A stretch of 64,000 nt of DNA, taken from contig OZ245006.1 in NCBI GenBank assembly GCA_965223545.1, positions 1,952,001-2,016,000 on the forward strand. Reading direction: 5' to 3'. A program made the translations under genes and the position numbers. This document shows positions 22,160 to 31,271 of this stretch, in pieces (the first letter of the stretch is position 1; each line of letters opens with the position of its first letter). The notes below the pieces were generated by a model. That model made no database searches. It was not told where the DNA came from and saw nothing but the letters and a program-made list of their open reading frames with translations. This DNA is from Planctomycetota bacterium. Its GTDB lineage: Bacteria > Planctomycetota > UBA1135 > UBA2386.

Positions 22160-22239
22160 AGCGCGCGACGCCCAGCGGCACCCCGATACATTGGTGGGTG
22201 CGCGGTCGCGAGACCGCGCATCCCGGACGGAACCACCTC

Positions 22240-23889
22240 ATGCGCGACACCATGTCTTCCAGCTCATTATCCCGCCGTGACCCGGCCGCCACTCCACGGC
22301 GCAACCCACTGCCCGCGCTCCTGCTGCCCCTGCTGGCGATCGGCTGCAGCGACGACTCGCACTCGGCGACGACGACTCCCACCCCGCCCGCGCCGCCGCT
22401 CACCGCGGCGCAGCGGCGGGCGCTGATCTCGTTCGACACCGAAGCCGTGACCCCCGCGGTGCTCGCAGTTGGCGATCTCAACGGGGACGGGACGGCGGAT
22501 CTGGCAGTCGGTGATCCCGACGCGGTCGGTGGTCGCGGGCGCACGCGGGTGTTCGACGGGGCGACCGGCCGGCAGATCCACGACTGGTTCGCCGACGGGC
22601 TGAGCGGCGATCTCAACTTCGGCACGGCGATGGCGGCCGCGGACGTCGACGGGGACGGCGCGGCGGAGGTGTTCGTCACCGCGCCGAACGATGCCGGCGA
22701 ACCCGGACCCGGCGCGTTGTACGGGTTCCTCGGGCGCACTGGTGCGCGGGCGTTCCGCATCGCGGGCGCGCCGGCGCCCTTCCAGCTGGGCACCGACATC
22801 ACGACCCTCGGCGACGTCGATGGCGACGGCCGCGCGGAGCTCGCGATCGCGGAGCCCAACCCGAGCCCGGCCGGCGCGCAGTCCGGCCGAGTGCACGTGA
22901 TGAACGCCGCGGCGCAGGTGCTCTACAGCATCGCGGTCGTGCCGCAAGGCGCCGCGTTTGCCGGCCCCACTGCCCTGGCGGGCGGTCATGACGTGAATGG
23001 CGACAGCGCGCCCGACCTGCTGGTCGCCGCCGACGGTCCAGCGTCGGCGGTGTACTCCGGCGCCGATGGCGACCAGCTGTTCGCGCACGACGGCGGCGCC
23101 GGCAGCGCCGCGTTCGCCGGCGATCTCGACGACGACGGAGTCGTCGACTACGCCTTCGGCTACCCCGACGCCGGCAACGGCCGGGTCGACGTGTTCTCCG
23201 GCGCAACCGGCGATCGCATCCGCCAGCTCGGCGGGACCGCCTCGGGCGACGGCTTCGGTGACAGTCTCGCTCCGCTGGGCGACCACGACGGCGACGGCGT
23301 CGACGATCTGGCGATCGGCAGCCGGGGCGGCTACTCGGTGGTCGTGTCCGGCGCGACCGGCGACCCGATCCTCGAGCACCGCGCCGGCGGGGCGGGCATG
23401 GTGCACCGGGTGCGCTCGGCGGGCGATCTCGACGGCGACGGCACCGAGGATGTGGCGATCGCCGCCAACCGCCGCGTGCTCGTGCTCGCCGCGCGCGACC
23501 GCAGCCTGGCCGCCGACGTCCACCGCATCCCGACCAGCGGCGGCACTCAGGGGTTCGCGCTGGTGGCCGGCACGGCCCACGCCGAGCGCGGCTACGTGCT
23601 GCTCGGGTCAGCCTCGGGCACCGCGCCCGGGATCACCGCCGGCGGCGTGACCCTGCCGCTCAACTTCGATTCGTACACGGACTTCACGCTGTCCAACCCG
23701 AACACCGCGGTGCACCTCAACACCGCCGGCGTGCTCGATACGCACGGCCGCGCCGCGGCGGCCCTGGTGCTCCCGGAGATTCCGGCGGCCCTCAACGGTT
23801 TGTCGCTGCACCACGCCTACGTCGTGCTGACCCCGCGACAGCTGCACTTTGCCAGCAACGCGGTGCCGCTGCTGCTGACCGCGCCGTAG
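22240..23889 (+). CDS. FG-GAP repeat (integrin-alpha-like) lipoprotein
   Basis: Lipobox-like LLAIGC, repeated GDLNGDG/GDVDGDG..DLAVG, VFSGATG units. Confidence 0.85.
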   Translation: MRDTMSSSSLSRRDPAATPRRNPLPALLLPLLAIGCSDDSHSATTTPTPPAPPLTAAQRRALISFDTEAVTPAVLAVGDLNGDGTADLAVGDPDAVGGRGRTRVFDGATGRQIHDWFADGLSGDLNFGTAMAAADVDGDGAAEVFVTAPNDAGEPGPGALYGFLGRTGARAFRIAGAPAPFQLGTDITTLGDVDGDGRAELAIAEPNPSPAGAQSGRVHVMNAAAQVLYSIAVVPQGAAFAGPTALAGGHDVNGDSAPDLLVAADGPASAVYSGADGDQLFAHDGGAGSAAFAGDLDDDGVVDYAFGYPDAGNGRVDVFSGATGDRIRQLGGTASGDGFGDSLAPLGDHDGDGVDDLAIGSRGGYSVVVSGATGDPILEHRAGGAGMVHRVRSAGDLDGDGTEDVAIAANRRVLVLAARDRSLAADVHRIPTSGGTQGFALVAGTAHAERGYVLLGSASGTAPGITAGGVTLPLNFDSYTDFTLSNPNTAVHLNTAGVLDTHGRAAAALVLPEIPAALNGLSLHHAYVVLTPRQLHFASNAVPLLLTAP

Positions 23890-23907
23890 TCGAGGACGCG
23901 GCGCGGA

Positions 23908-26235
23908 TCAGCGCAGCTGACAACGCAAGCCGTCGGTGAGCAACAACCCCAGTGGGTTGGCCGCCGGCGCGGCGTGCGCCCACTGTAGGTGGATGTCGCC
24001 GGCGACGGTCAGATGGATCAGGGTGACCAAAGCGTCGCCCATCGAGTCGGTCGTCGCCGGCAGAGCAACCATCACACCGGGATCGACGAGCAGCGTGCAT
24101 CCCGGCGCACCGGCGAACGCGAGCGGGAAGCCCGCCGCGCCGGCACTGACGAGCAACGCCGCCGGTGCATTGGCCGAAGCTGCCGTCAGCCGAACGCGGA
24201 AGAACTCGGTGCCGACGAGCGGCGTGCTGACCCGGCCGAAGCCGCCGCCGCAACCCACGCCGTAGGGGACGTTGACGGCAGCGGTGGGATACGTCCACAG
24301 CCGCCCCATGACCGGCGACGTCGTCTGGTTGGGTGTGTAGGTCAACAGGAACCGCGTGGTGGCGAAGTCGAACGCGATCGCCGGAGCGGCGGCGTCCGAA
24401 GACGAAGCACTCGACACGGTCTGCGTCTCGACCACCGCGCCGTCGAAGCCGACCCGCGCGGCGCCGATCGAATCCGACCGCCCGAGCAGCGAGCTGCGCC
24501 TCCGCCAAGCCACTGCCCAGTGAGCGGCATTGCTGTCGTAGACCGCGCGTGGCTCGTCCAGGGTCTCGACCACCGTCGGTCCCGTCGCCACCGGGGCGCT
24601 CCACTGCACGGTGGGTAGCAGCGACTGCGGCGCCCACATGAAGCGGGTCATGCTCAAGCCCGCGCCGCGCGTGGCCGTGTTGGCGCCCGATTGCAGGTAC
24701 GCCACCCCGTAGCGGGTATTGCCGCCATCCACTGACGGCTCGATCTTGCTGGCCTGCGCGCCGCCGGTGGGCACGATCAGCGCGGAGGGCCGCGCGCTGC
24801 CGTCGTTGAAGATCAACCGCGCCCGGATCGACCAGCCGGCCGGCAAGAAGGCGCGCTGCTGGTAGCAAACCATCCACGACAGCGGTGCCCCACTCGAGTT
24901 GGGCGACACACTCGGGTTGCCGCGGTCCACCTGGGCAGACACGGGGGCGACCGGCGTCGCGTCGAGCAGCTGCGGCGCACCGAACGTCTTGGCGTTGGCG
25001 TCGAGCAACACGCGGTAGAGCTCGGTCTCGTCGAGCACCGTGCCGAGCGTGCCGGCGTCCGATTCGTACACGAGGAGCGCGTACTGGTCATTGAACGAGC
25101 CGCCGATGTCGGGGCGCCGATCATCCCGGCCGGAGACGGTGACCGGCAGCACCATCGACGATCCGCTGCCGAACGTGGTGTCGCCGCCGTCGTGTAGCCA
25201 GACGCGCACCTGCGCATTCGGCTGCAACGCGGGACGGTCGTGCTCGTAGGCGATCGCCCACCGCCCGGTCGTCCCGCCACCCTTGACGAACGCCGCGCGC
25301 GGGCGGCCGGTCCGCGCCAGTGCGGAGACGTCGGCGAACACGAGCACCGGATTGGCGAGGTCTCGGTCGGTGAGCAGCACGTAGACGTCGCGATCCCCCG
25401 CCGAGGTCCGCACGGAGAACGCGACGAGGACTCGATGCACCGCGGGCCCCGGCGAAACCACCACATCCGTGTGCTCGACCAACGCGGCGAGCGCTACCGG
25501 TGAGGACAGCACTTGCGGACTGAGCAGCGGATCGACCGTGACGGGCCATCGTGCGCGCTCGAGCCAAGCTGCCGGGACGACCAGCCGGATCGAGTCGCCG
25601 TCGAGCACAGTGGCGACGTCGATGCGACGGCCGCCGGCGTCGATGGCGATCGCGCGCCCGTAGCGCACGACTTCCAGGCCGGAGCGGTCGACGAACCGAA
25701 GCGCCGCCGGCGCGCGCGCCGGAACCGCATCGCGCACGGGCGTCAGTGCACTGCGCCACTGGCCCGTGATCACGAGATCGCCGCGGCCCCGCGGCGGCTG
25801 CGCGACGACGAACGACTGCTCGACGCCCTCGGCGCGCACGTCGTAGCGTTCGGCGACGAGGCGCGACCGGTACTCCAGCCGCCAGTCGTCGTGCCACACG
25901 TCCACCGGCTCGCCGGCCGACAACAGGTCGACGTCGCCGAGGCGGACCGAGGTCGTGCGCCACTGCACGGGCGTCTCGGCCGGCGCGTCCGGGGCGAGGA
26001 CGGGGTAGAAGTGCGGCCCCCGAGCGAAGCGCACGCGATACCCGGGACCCGCCGCCCAGTGCTCGGCGCCGGCGCCGTGGATCGGCACTCGCCAATCGAA
26101 GCCGGCGATCGCGCGCGCGGGGCCGGTCGTCGCCGATTCACTCTGCGCCGGCAGGCCCAGAACGGAGAGTGCGCCGGCGACGACGGTGCAACAAAGCCGA
26201 AGCCGCGCGGAGGGGCGGCGGGAGGGAGTGCTCAT
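23908..26235 (-). CDS. Exported hypothetical protein with the shared C-terminal module
   Basis: Signal peptide ending LPAQ, N-terminal domain with 'GVEQSFVV...WPVTVDP', C-terminal 'YGVGC...GAPGCTLLVDP...LQW...ANPLG..TDG'. Confidence 0.75.
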   Translation of the reverse strand: MSTPSRRPSARLRLCCTVVAGALSVLGLPAQSESATTGPARAIAGFDWRVPIHGAGAEHWAAGPGYRVRFARGPHFYPVLAPDAPAETPVQWRTTSVRLGDVDLLSAGEPVDVWHDDWRLEYRSRLVAERYDVRAEGVEQSFVVAQPPRGRGDLVITGQWRSALTPVRDAVPARAPAALRFVDRSGLEVVRYGRAIAIDAGGRRIDVATVLDGDSIRLVVPAAWLERARWPVTVDPLLSPQVLSSPVALAALVEHTDVVVSPGPAVHRVLVAFSVRTSAGDRDVYVLLTDRDLANPVLVFADVSALARTGRPRAAFVKGGGTTGRWAIAYEHDRPALQPNAQVRVWLHDGGDTTFGSGSSMVLPVTVSGRDDRRPDIGGSFNDQYALLVYESDAGTLGTVLDETELYRVLLDANAKTFGAPQLLDATPVAPVSAQVDRGNPSVSPNSSGAPLSWMVCYQQRAFLPAGWSIRARLIFNDGSARPSALIVPTGGAQASKIEPSVDGGNTRYGVAYLQSGANTATRGAGLSMTRFMWAPQSLLPTVQWSAPVATGPTVVETLDEPRAVYDSNAAHWAVAWRRRSSLLGRSDSIGAARVGFDGAVVETQTVSSASSSDAAAPAIAFDFATTRFLLTYTPNQTTSPVMGRLWTYPTAAVNVPYGVGCGGGFGRVSTPLVGTEFFRVRLTAASANAPAALLVSAGAAGFPLAFAGAPGCTLLVDPGVMVALPATTDSMGDALVTLIHLTVAGDIHLQWAHAAPAANPLGLLLTDGLRCQLR

Positions 26236-26352
26236 GTTCCCCGCAGCGCCCCGCCGGCGCGGACCGAACCGGAGAAGGGCAAAAATAGCCAATCCTCGGC
26301 GAGCACCCCTTCGGCTCCAGCCAATGGCGCGGAGATCTCGATAACACGGGCA

Positions 26353-27945
26353 GTGTCCTCCCTCCTCACCCCGCCCCGGCCAGCAGTCTGGCCGCTCTGG
26401 CTCGGCGTCGCCGCGCTGCATGCCACAGGCGCGCTGTGGTACGTCACCGACGTATCGCCGGGCACCGCCGCGGCAAAGACCGGACTGCCCCTCGACGACG
26501 CTTGGATCCACCTCGTCTACGGCCGCAGCCTGGTGGAGCACGGCGGCCCCTACTACAACCCGGGGCAGCTCGAGGCCGGCTTCACCAGCCCGTTGTGGGC
26601 GATGCTGCTGGCGGTGGTCTACGGCGCGGCGCAGCTGACCGGCGTAGCCACGGCGACCGCGGTCAAGGCGTTGGGAGTCTCGGTCGGCACCACCGCGACG
26701 GCGGGCGCGGCGCTGCTGGCGTGGCGCGTCACCGGCCGGCGGCTGCCGGCCGCATTCGCGGCTCTGTTGGTCGGTGCCAGCCCCCAGATGCAGTTCGCGC
26801 AGATCTCCGGCATGGAGGTCAGCCTGGCGGCGAGCACGGGGCTGTGGACCATCTTCGCGCTGCACCGCGGCGCGCTGTGGTGGGCCGGGATCGGCGCCGC
26901 CGCCTGCTACTGGGCGCGGCCGGAGCTGCTCTTGCTGGTCGCCCTGGTGGTCGCTGGAGGGGTCGCGGTGCAGACGCCAGGTCGTCGCCGCGCAGCTGCG
27001 CTGCGCCTCGGCCTCCCGCCCGCGATCGCCGCCGGCGCCTGGGTCGGATTCTGTGTCGCGGCCCACGGCCGCCCCCTGCCCAACACGTTCTACGCCAAGT
27101 TCTCCGCCGAGACGCAGACCGCCGAGCTGCCGCGGATCGCCACCGCGGCCTGGGAGGCGGTCGCCGCCAACGGCAGCTGGGCGACCCCGGCGCTGCTGCT
27201 CGCAGCCGCGCTCGGCTTGCTCCAAAGGCGACCGCGGACCGCGACGATCCTGCTGCTGGTGACGCCGCCGCTGTGGATCCTCGGGCTCGCGCGCACGCGC
27301 GCACTACCGGCCGAATGGGCCGATTACTTCTGTTTCGCCCGCTATGCCCAACCAGTCGTTCCGATGCTGCTCGCCGCCGCGGCGATCGGGCTCGGCGCGC
27401 TGCTGCACGTCGCGCACCGCGCCGGCGCCGGCGCCCCGGTGCGCGGCCTGCTCGCCGCCGGGGTCGCGGCCGCCACTTTGCTGCCGTATCCCACCGCCTT
27501 GGTGGACTCGCGTGCGGACTACGCCTGGCACTGCCAGAACATGAACGAAGTGCAGGTCGCCTGCGGCCGCTGGGTGGCCGATCACGTGCCCCCCGGCGAG
27601 ACCGTGGTCATCAACGATGCCGGCGCGATCCGCTACTTCGGCGAACGCACCTGTCTCGACGTGCAGGGCCTCAACTGCGGTGCCCTGCTCGACGACATCG
27701 ACCGGCTGCTGGCGGTGCGCAGCACACCCGCCGCCATGGCCACGTTCATGCACGCCAACGGAGCCCGCCACCTGATCATCTTCCGCTCGTGGTTCCCGGA
27801 CTTGGTCGCGCACGACGAGTTCGAGCGCTACTTCGAACCAGTCGCGCACTTCACCAGCGAGCACTACGTCGTCTTCGGCGAAGCGTTCGGCCAGGACGAG
27901 AAAGTCGTCTTCCGCCTGCGCGATCCGGCTGCTCCCGCCAAATAG
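26353..27945 (+). CDS. Polytopic membrane GT-C glycosyltransferase-like protein
   Basis: LDDAWIH..YGRSL, GFTSPLW, SGME, RPE, PNTFYAK, DAGAIRYF, DVQGL; many TM segments. Confidence 0.7.
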   Translation: MSSLLTPPRPAVWPLWLGVAALHATGALWYVTDVSPGTAAAKTGLPLDDAWIHLVYGRSLVEHGGPYYNPGQLEAGFTSPLWAMLLAVVYGAAQLTGVATATAVKALGVSVGTTATAGAALLAWRVTGRRLPAAFAALLVGASPQMQFAQISGMEVSLAASTGLWTIFALHRGALWWAGIGAAACYWARPELLLLVALVVAGGVAVQTPGRRRAAALRLGLPPAIAAGAWVGFCVAAHGRPLPNTFYAKFSAETQTAELPRIATAAWEAVAANGSWATPALLLAAALGLLQRRPRTATILLLVTPPLWILGLARTRALPAEWADYFCFARYAQPVVPMLLAAAAIGLGALLHVAHRAGAGAPVRGLLAAGVAAATLLPYPTALVDSRADYAWHCQNMNEVQVACGRWVADHVPPGETVVINDAGAIRYFGERTCLDVQGLNCGALLDDIDRLLAVRSTPAAMATFMHANGARHLIIFRSWFPDLVAHDEFERYFEPVAHFTSEHYVVFGEAFGQDEKVVFRLRDPAAPAK

Positions 27946-27969
27946 CGCAGTCGGGGGGCGGGGCGGCGA

Positions 27970-27998
27970 AGCGAGAAAATCGAGTCAGACACCGTACT
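27970..27998 (-). repeat. Short palindromic repeat, copy 2
   Basis: Reverse complement is 27/29 identical to 22131-22159. Confidence 0.85.
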
Positions 27999-28593
27999 AC
28001 CGCGGGAGCGGGAGGTGTTCGAGGGGCTGGTAGGCCGCGCCGGTTGGGGTGGGTGTGCTGGCCAGGAGCTCCAGCTCGTCGACGGGCTCTGGCTGGGTTT
28101 GCCAGTCGATCGCGGCGACCGCGTGTTCGGCGGTGGGCGCGCTCTTGCGCAACCGTGCCAGCGTGAGGTGTGGATGCAGCGGGCGTGGATCGATGGGGAC
28201 CCCGAAGTCGGTGGCGGTGGCGCGTATGGCGCCGGCCATCGCGTGCAGTGCCGGCAGGTCGCCGTGAAGGCCCACCCAGACGACGCGCGCGCGACCGCGG
28301 GCGGGGAATCTTCCGGGCGAGGCCAAGCCGAGATCGAGGGGCTGGAGCCGCAGCGATCGCAGCGCGTGCCGCAGCCCGGGCTGGGCGCCGGCGGCGACGG
28401 CGCCGAAGAAGGCGACCGTCACGTGCAGCTTGTCGAGCGGCAGCCAGGGTACGGCCGGGCAACGCGCGCGCAGCTGCCGCCGGCCGCGCTCTAGAACCAG
28501 GCGCGCCTTGGGTGTCGGACGAACGGCGACGAACCAGCGCGCGGCGGCGGCCGCGGGGCCGCCGCTGTCAGCCGGTCCACTCGATGGCGCCAC
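27997..28593 (-). CDS. thpR: RNA 2',3'-cyclic phosphodiesterase (2H family)
   Basis: R.FVAV, LHVTVAFFG, RVVWVG, PHLTLAR. Start uncertain. Confidence 0.88.
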   Translation of the reverse strand: MAPSSGPADSGGPAAAAARWFVAVRPTPKARLVLERGRRQLRARCPAVPWLPLDKLHVTVAFFGAVAAGAQPGLRHALRSLRLQPLDLGLASPGRFPARGRARVVWVGLHGDLPALHAMAGAIRATATDFGVPIDPRPLHPHLTLARLRKSAPTAEHAVAAIDWQTQPEPVDELELLASTPTPTGAAYQPLEHLPLPR

Positions 28594-29059
28594 CGGGCAG
28601 GAAGTAGAGGATCAGCATGCTGCCACCGGTGACCGCGGGCACGTGCTCGCTGCCCGGCGGGTATACCGCCCAACCGGGGTCGTTGCCGTCGAAGCGCGGA
28701 GTGCCCTCGTCGACGAACAACAGATCGATCTCGCCGTTGGGGTGGATGTGGCGCGGGCCCGGCGGTTCTCCCATCCAGACGGCGTCGACGCTGAAGCCCG
28801 CCGCATCCTTGGCCACGCGGCCGAAGCGCAGGCCACCGTTCTCCTTCGGCAGCAGCCACCCGGCGCGTGCGCCGGCAAACGCCGCCGCGCGTATACCGCG
28901 CACGAGGTCGCCGTCGATCGGCGCCAACCGCTCGATCTCGGCGCGCGCGCGCGCCGGGTCGCGCAGGTCGACGTCGGCCAAGCGTTCGGCGAGCGGTGCC
29001 ACCACCGCGGCGAAGTCGAGCATCTCTTGGCTGGGCATCGGTCGTGTCTCTCGGGTCAT
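28568..29059 (-). CDS. DUF4863-like cupin protein
   Basis: GWL...GG.RFGRV, FSVD.V.M, H.HPNGEID, FDG...GW.VYPPGS.H.P.V.GG..LILY.LPGGAI. ATGA-coupled to mog. Confidence 0.8.
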   Translation of the reverse strand: MTRETRPMPSQEMLDFAAVVAPLAERLADVDLRDPARARAEIERLAPIDGDLVRGIRAAAFAGARAGWLLPKENGGLRFGRVAKDAAGFSVDAVWMGEPPGPRHIHPNGEIDLLFVDEGTPRFDGNDPGWAVYPPGSEHVPAVTGGSMLILYFLPGGAIEWTG

Positions 29060-29604
29060 TTGGCCGCCGGCCGGAACACCTGCACCCGGTCGGGGTTGCC
29101 CTCCAGATAGGGGCCGCCGATCAGGTCGATGCAGTATGGGATCGCCGGCATGATCGCGTCCAGGCAGACGCGAATGGAGCCGGGCTTGCCGGGCAGGGTG
29201 ACCACCAGACTGCGCTCGATCACCGCCGCGGTCTGCCGCGAGAGGATCGCGGTCGGGACGCCGGCGTCCAGGGACGCGCGCCGCATTTGCTCGCCGAAGC
29301 CCGGCATCATCTTGTCGCACACATTCTCGATCGCTTCGGGCGTCACGTCGCGCGGCGCCGGTCCGGTCCCCCCCGTCGAACAGATCAGCGCGCAGCCTCG
29401 GTCGGCGTAGCCGCGGATCGCCGCGACGATCGCGTCCACCTCGTCGGCCACCACGGTGCGCGAGTACTCGCAGTCGGTGACGAGGTACTCGCGAAGCACC
29501 GCCTCGATCGCGGGCCCGGAGCGATCCTCGTAGTCGCCGCGACTGGCGCGGTCCGACACCGTGAGGATTCCGATCCGCGGCTTCTGCCCTTGCGCGTCGG
29601 CCAT
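29056..29604 (-). CDS. mog: Molybdopterin adenylyltransferase
   Basis: TVSDRAS.G.YED.SG, GGTGPAPRDVTPEA, MPGFGEQMR, VPTAILSRQ, LPGKP, IPYCIDL. Confidence 0.95.
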   Translation of the reverse strand: MADAQGQKPRIGILTVSDRASRGDYEDRSGPAIEAVLREYLVTDCEYSRTVVADEVDAIVAAIRGYADRGCALICSTGGTGPAPRDVTPEAIENVCDKMMPGFGEQMRRASLDAGVPTAILSRQTAAVIERSLVVTLPGKPGSIRVCLDAIMPAIPYCIDLIGGPYLEGNPDRVQVFRPAAK

Positions 29605-29690
29605 GCGCGGATCATCGCGATCCGCGCCGGTGTTTGTAAAGCCCGCTGTCGACGGCCGCGGCCTTGCATGCGAGTCGGGCGTGGCTGACG

Positions 29691-30494
29691 ATGCGGGTGG
29701 AACTCCAGCCCATGAGCGCGACACCGACCCGGCCAGCATCTCCGCCCAAAGGCTATCTCTCCGGGGCGCCCCCTCGCTGGCCGCTGGCCGCGTGCGCGGT
29801 CGTCGCCATCACCGCCGGTGGAGCCTTCGGGCAGAACGACGGCGGCCGCGCCGATCGCACCGCAGCCCTCGAGGGCGACGTGGACCAGCTGCAGCGCGAT
29901 CAACAGCTGGTGATCGACGCGCTCGACCAGGTCACATCACGACTGGACGCGCTGTTGCGGCTGGCGCAGCCGACGCCGGAAGAGACGGCACGGCCGGCGC
30001 CGCAGCCGGTGACGCCGGCCGTCACCAAGCCGGCGGCCACGATCGCCGGCCTGCCGTGGTGGGGCTGGGGCCTGATCGGTTGGAACCTGCTGCTCAGCAT
30101 TGGCTGGCTCGCACGGGGCAGGCGCGGCACCGCGGCAACCGCCGGCGACGACACCGAGCGCGGTGACCCGGAGCGCGGCCTCGAGCACGCCGAGCTGGCC
30201 GCGTTCCACGAGGGACCGTTGGCGTCGCTGGCGGCTACCGCCGCACCCGCGGCGATTGCGGCGGCGGCACCGATCGCCGCGGCCGCTACCGCCGAGCCCG
30301 CGGAGGAAGAGCCCGCGGTGGAGACCACCGCAGCCGAGGCCGCACCCGATACGCCGGCAACGACGGCGACCCCCGAACCCGAAGCCGTCGCCGCCCTGTT
30401 CACCGACGATCTCAGCGACCTCGACCTCGACGACGAGCTGTTCCTGCTCGCCGACGAAGAGGCGCCGGTCGACTTCGACCCGCAGCGGAACTGA
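29691..30494 (+). CDS. Hypothetical membrane protein
   Basis: Signal-like segment, short coiled coil, TM (WWGWGLIGWNLLLSIGWLA), acidic Ala/Pro-rich tail. Confidence 0.55.
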   Translation: MRVELQPMSATPTRPASPPKGYLSGAPPRWPLAACAVVAITAGGAFGQNDGGRADRTAALEGDVDQLQRDQQLVIDALDQVTSRLDALLRLAQPTPEETARPAPQPVTPAVTKPAATIAGLPWWGWGLIGWNLLLSIGWLARGRRGTAATAGDDTERGDPERGLEHAELAAFHEGPLASLAATAAPAAIAAAAPIAAAATAEPAEEEPAVETTAAEAAPDTPATTATPEPEAVAALFTDDLSDLDLDDELFLLADEEAPVDFDPQRN

Positions 30495-30527
30495 GCGCCG
30501 GGCGCTTGAACGCGGGGCGGCGCGCGG

Positions 30528-31271
30528 TCAACCGCGCTTCTTGCCGCCGCCGAACAGACGCGCAATGGGGTCGAAGTAGCGATCCACGACCCGCTCTTTG
30601 AGCGGGATGATGCCGTTGTCGGTGATGCCGATGTGTTCCGGGCACACCTCGGTGCAGCAGCGCGTGATGTTGCAGTAGCCCGACCCGTACTCCTTGCGCA
30701 CCTCGGGGATGCGGTCGGCGGTGTCGAGCGGATGCATGTCGAGGCCAGCCAAACGGATCATGAACCGCGGCCCGACGAAAGCGGCGTGCTTGTTGTGATC
30801 GCGCAGCACGTGGCAGACGTCCTGGCACAAGAAGCACTCGATGCACTTGCGGAACTCCTGCACGCGGTCGACGTCCAGCTGGTGCATCCGGTGGTTGCCA
30901 TCGGCATCGCGCGCCCTTGGTTGGAACGGCTTGATCCGCTTGTTCTGCTCGAAGTTCCAAGACACGTCCGAGACCAAGTCCTTGATCACCGGAAACGCCT
31001 TCAGCGGCTGCACCGTGATGGTCTCGTCCGGCGAGAACGCGTTCATGCGCGTCATGCAGGAGAGCCGCGGCTTGCCGTTGATCTCCATGCTGCACGAGCC
31101 GCACTTGCCGGCCTTGCAGTTCCAGCGCACGGCCATGTCGCCCGCCTGCTCCGCCTGAATGCGGTGCAGCACGTCGAGCACGACCATGCCCGTCTCCACG
31201 TTGGTCTTGTAGTCCTGAAACTGGCCGCCCGACGCGTCGCCGCGCCAGACGCGAAAGTGTCGCTCAGCCAT
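30528..31271 (-). CDS. sdhB: Succinate dehydrogenase/fumarate reductase iron-sulfur subunit
   Basis: WNCKAGKCGSC, CIECFLCQDVC, CNITRCCTEVCP. Confidence 0.95.
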   Translation of the reverse strand: MAERHFRVWRGDASGGQFQDYKTNVETGMVVLDVLHRIQAEQAGDMAVRWNCKAGKCGSCSMEINGKPRLSCMTRMNAFSPDETITVQPLKAFPVIKDLVSDVSWNFEQNKRIKPFQPRARDADGNHRMHQLDVDRVQEFRKCIECFLCQDVCHVLRDHNKHAAFVGPRFMIRLAGLDMHPLDTADRIPEVRKEYGSGYCNITRCCTEVCPEHIGITDNGIIPLKERVVDRYFDPIARLFGGGKKRG

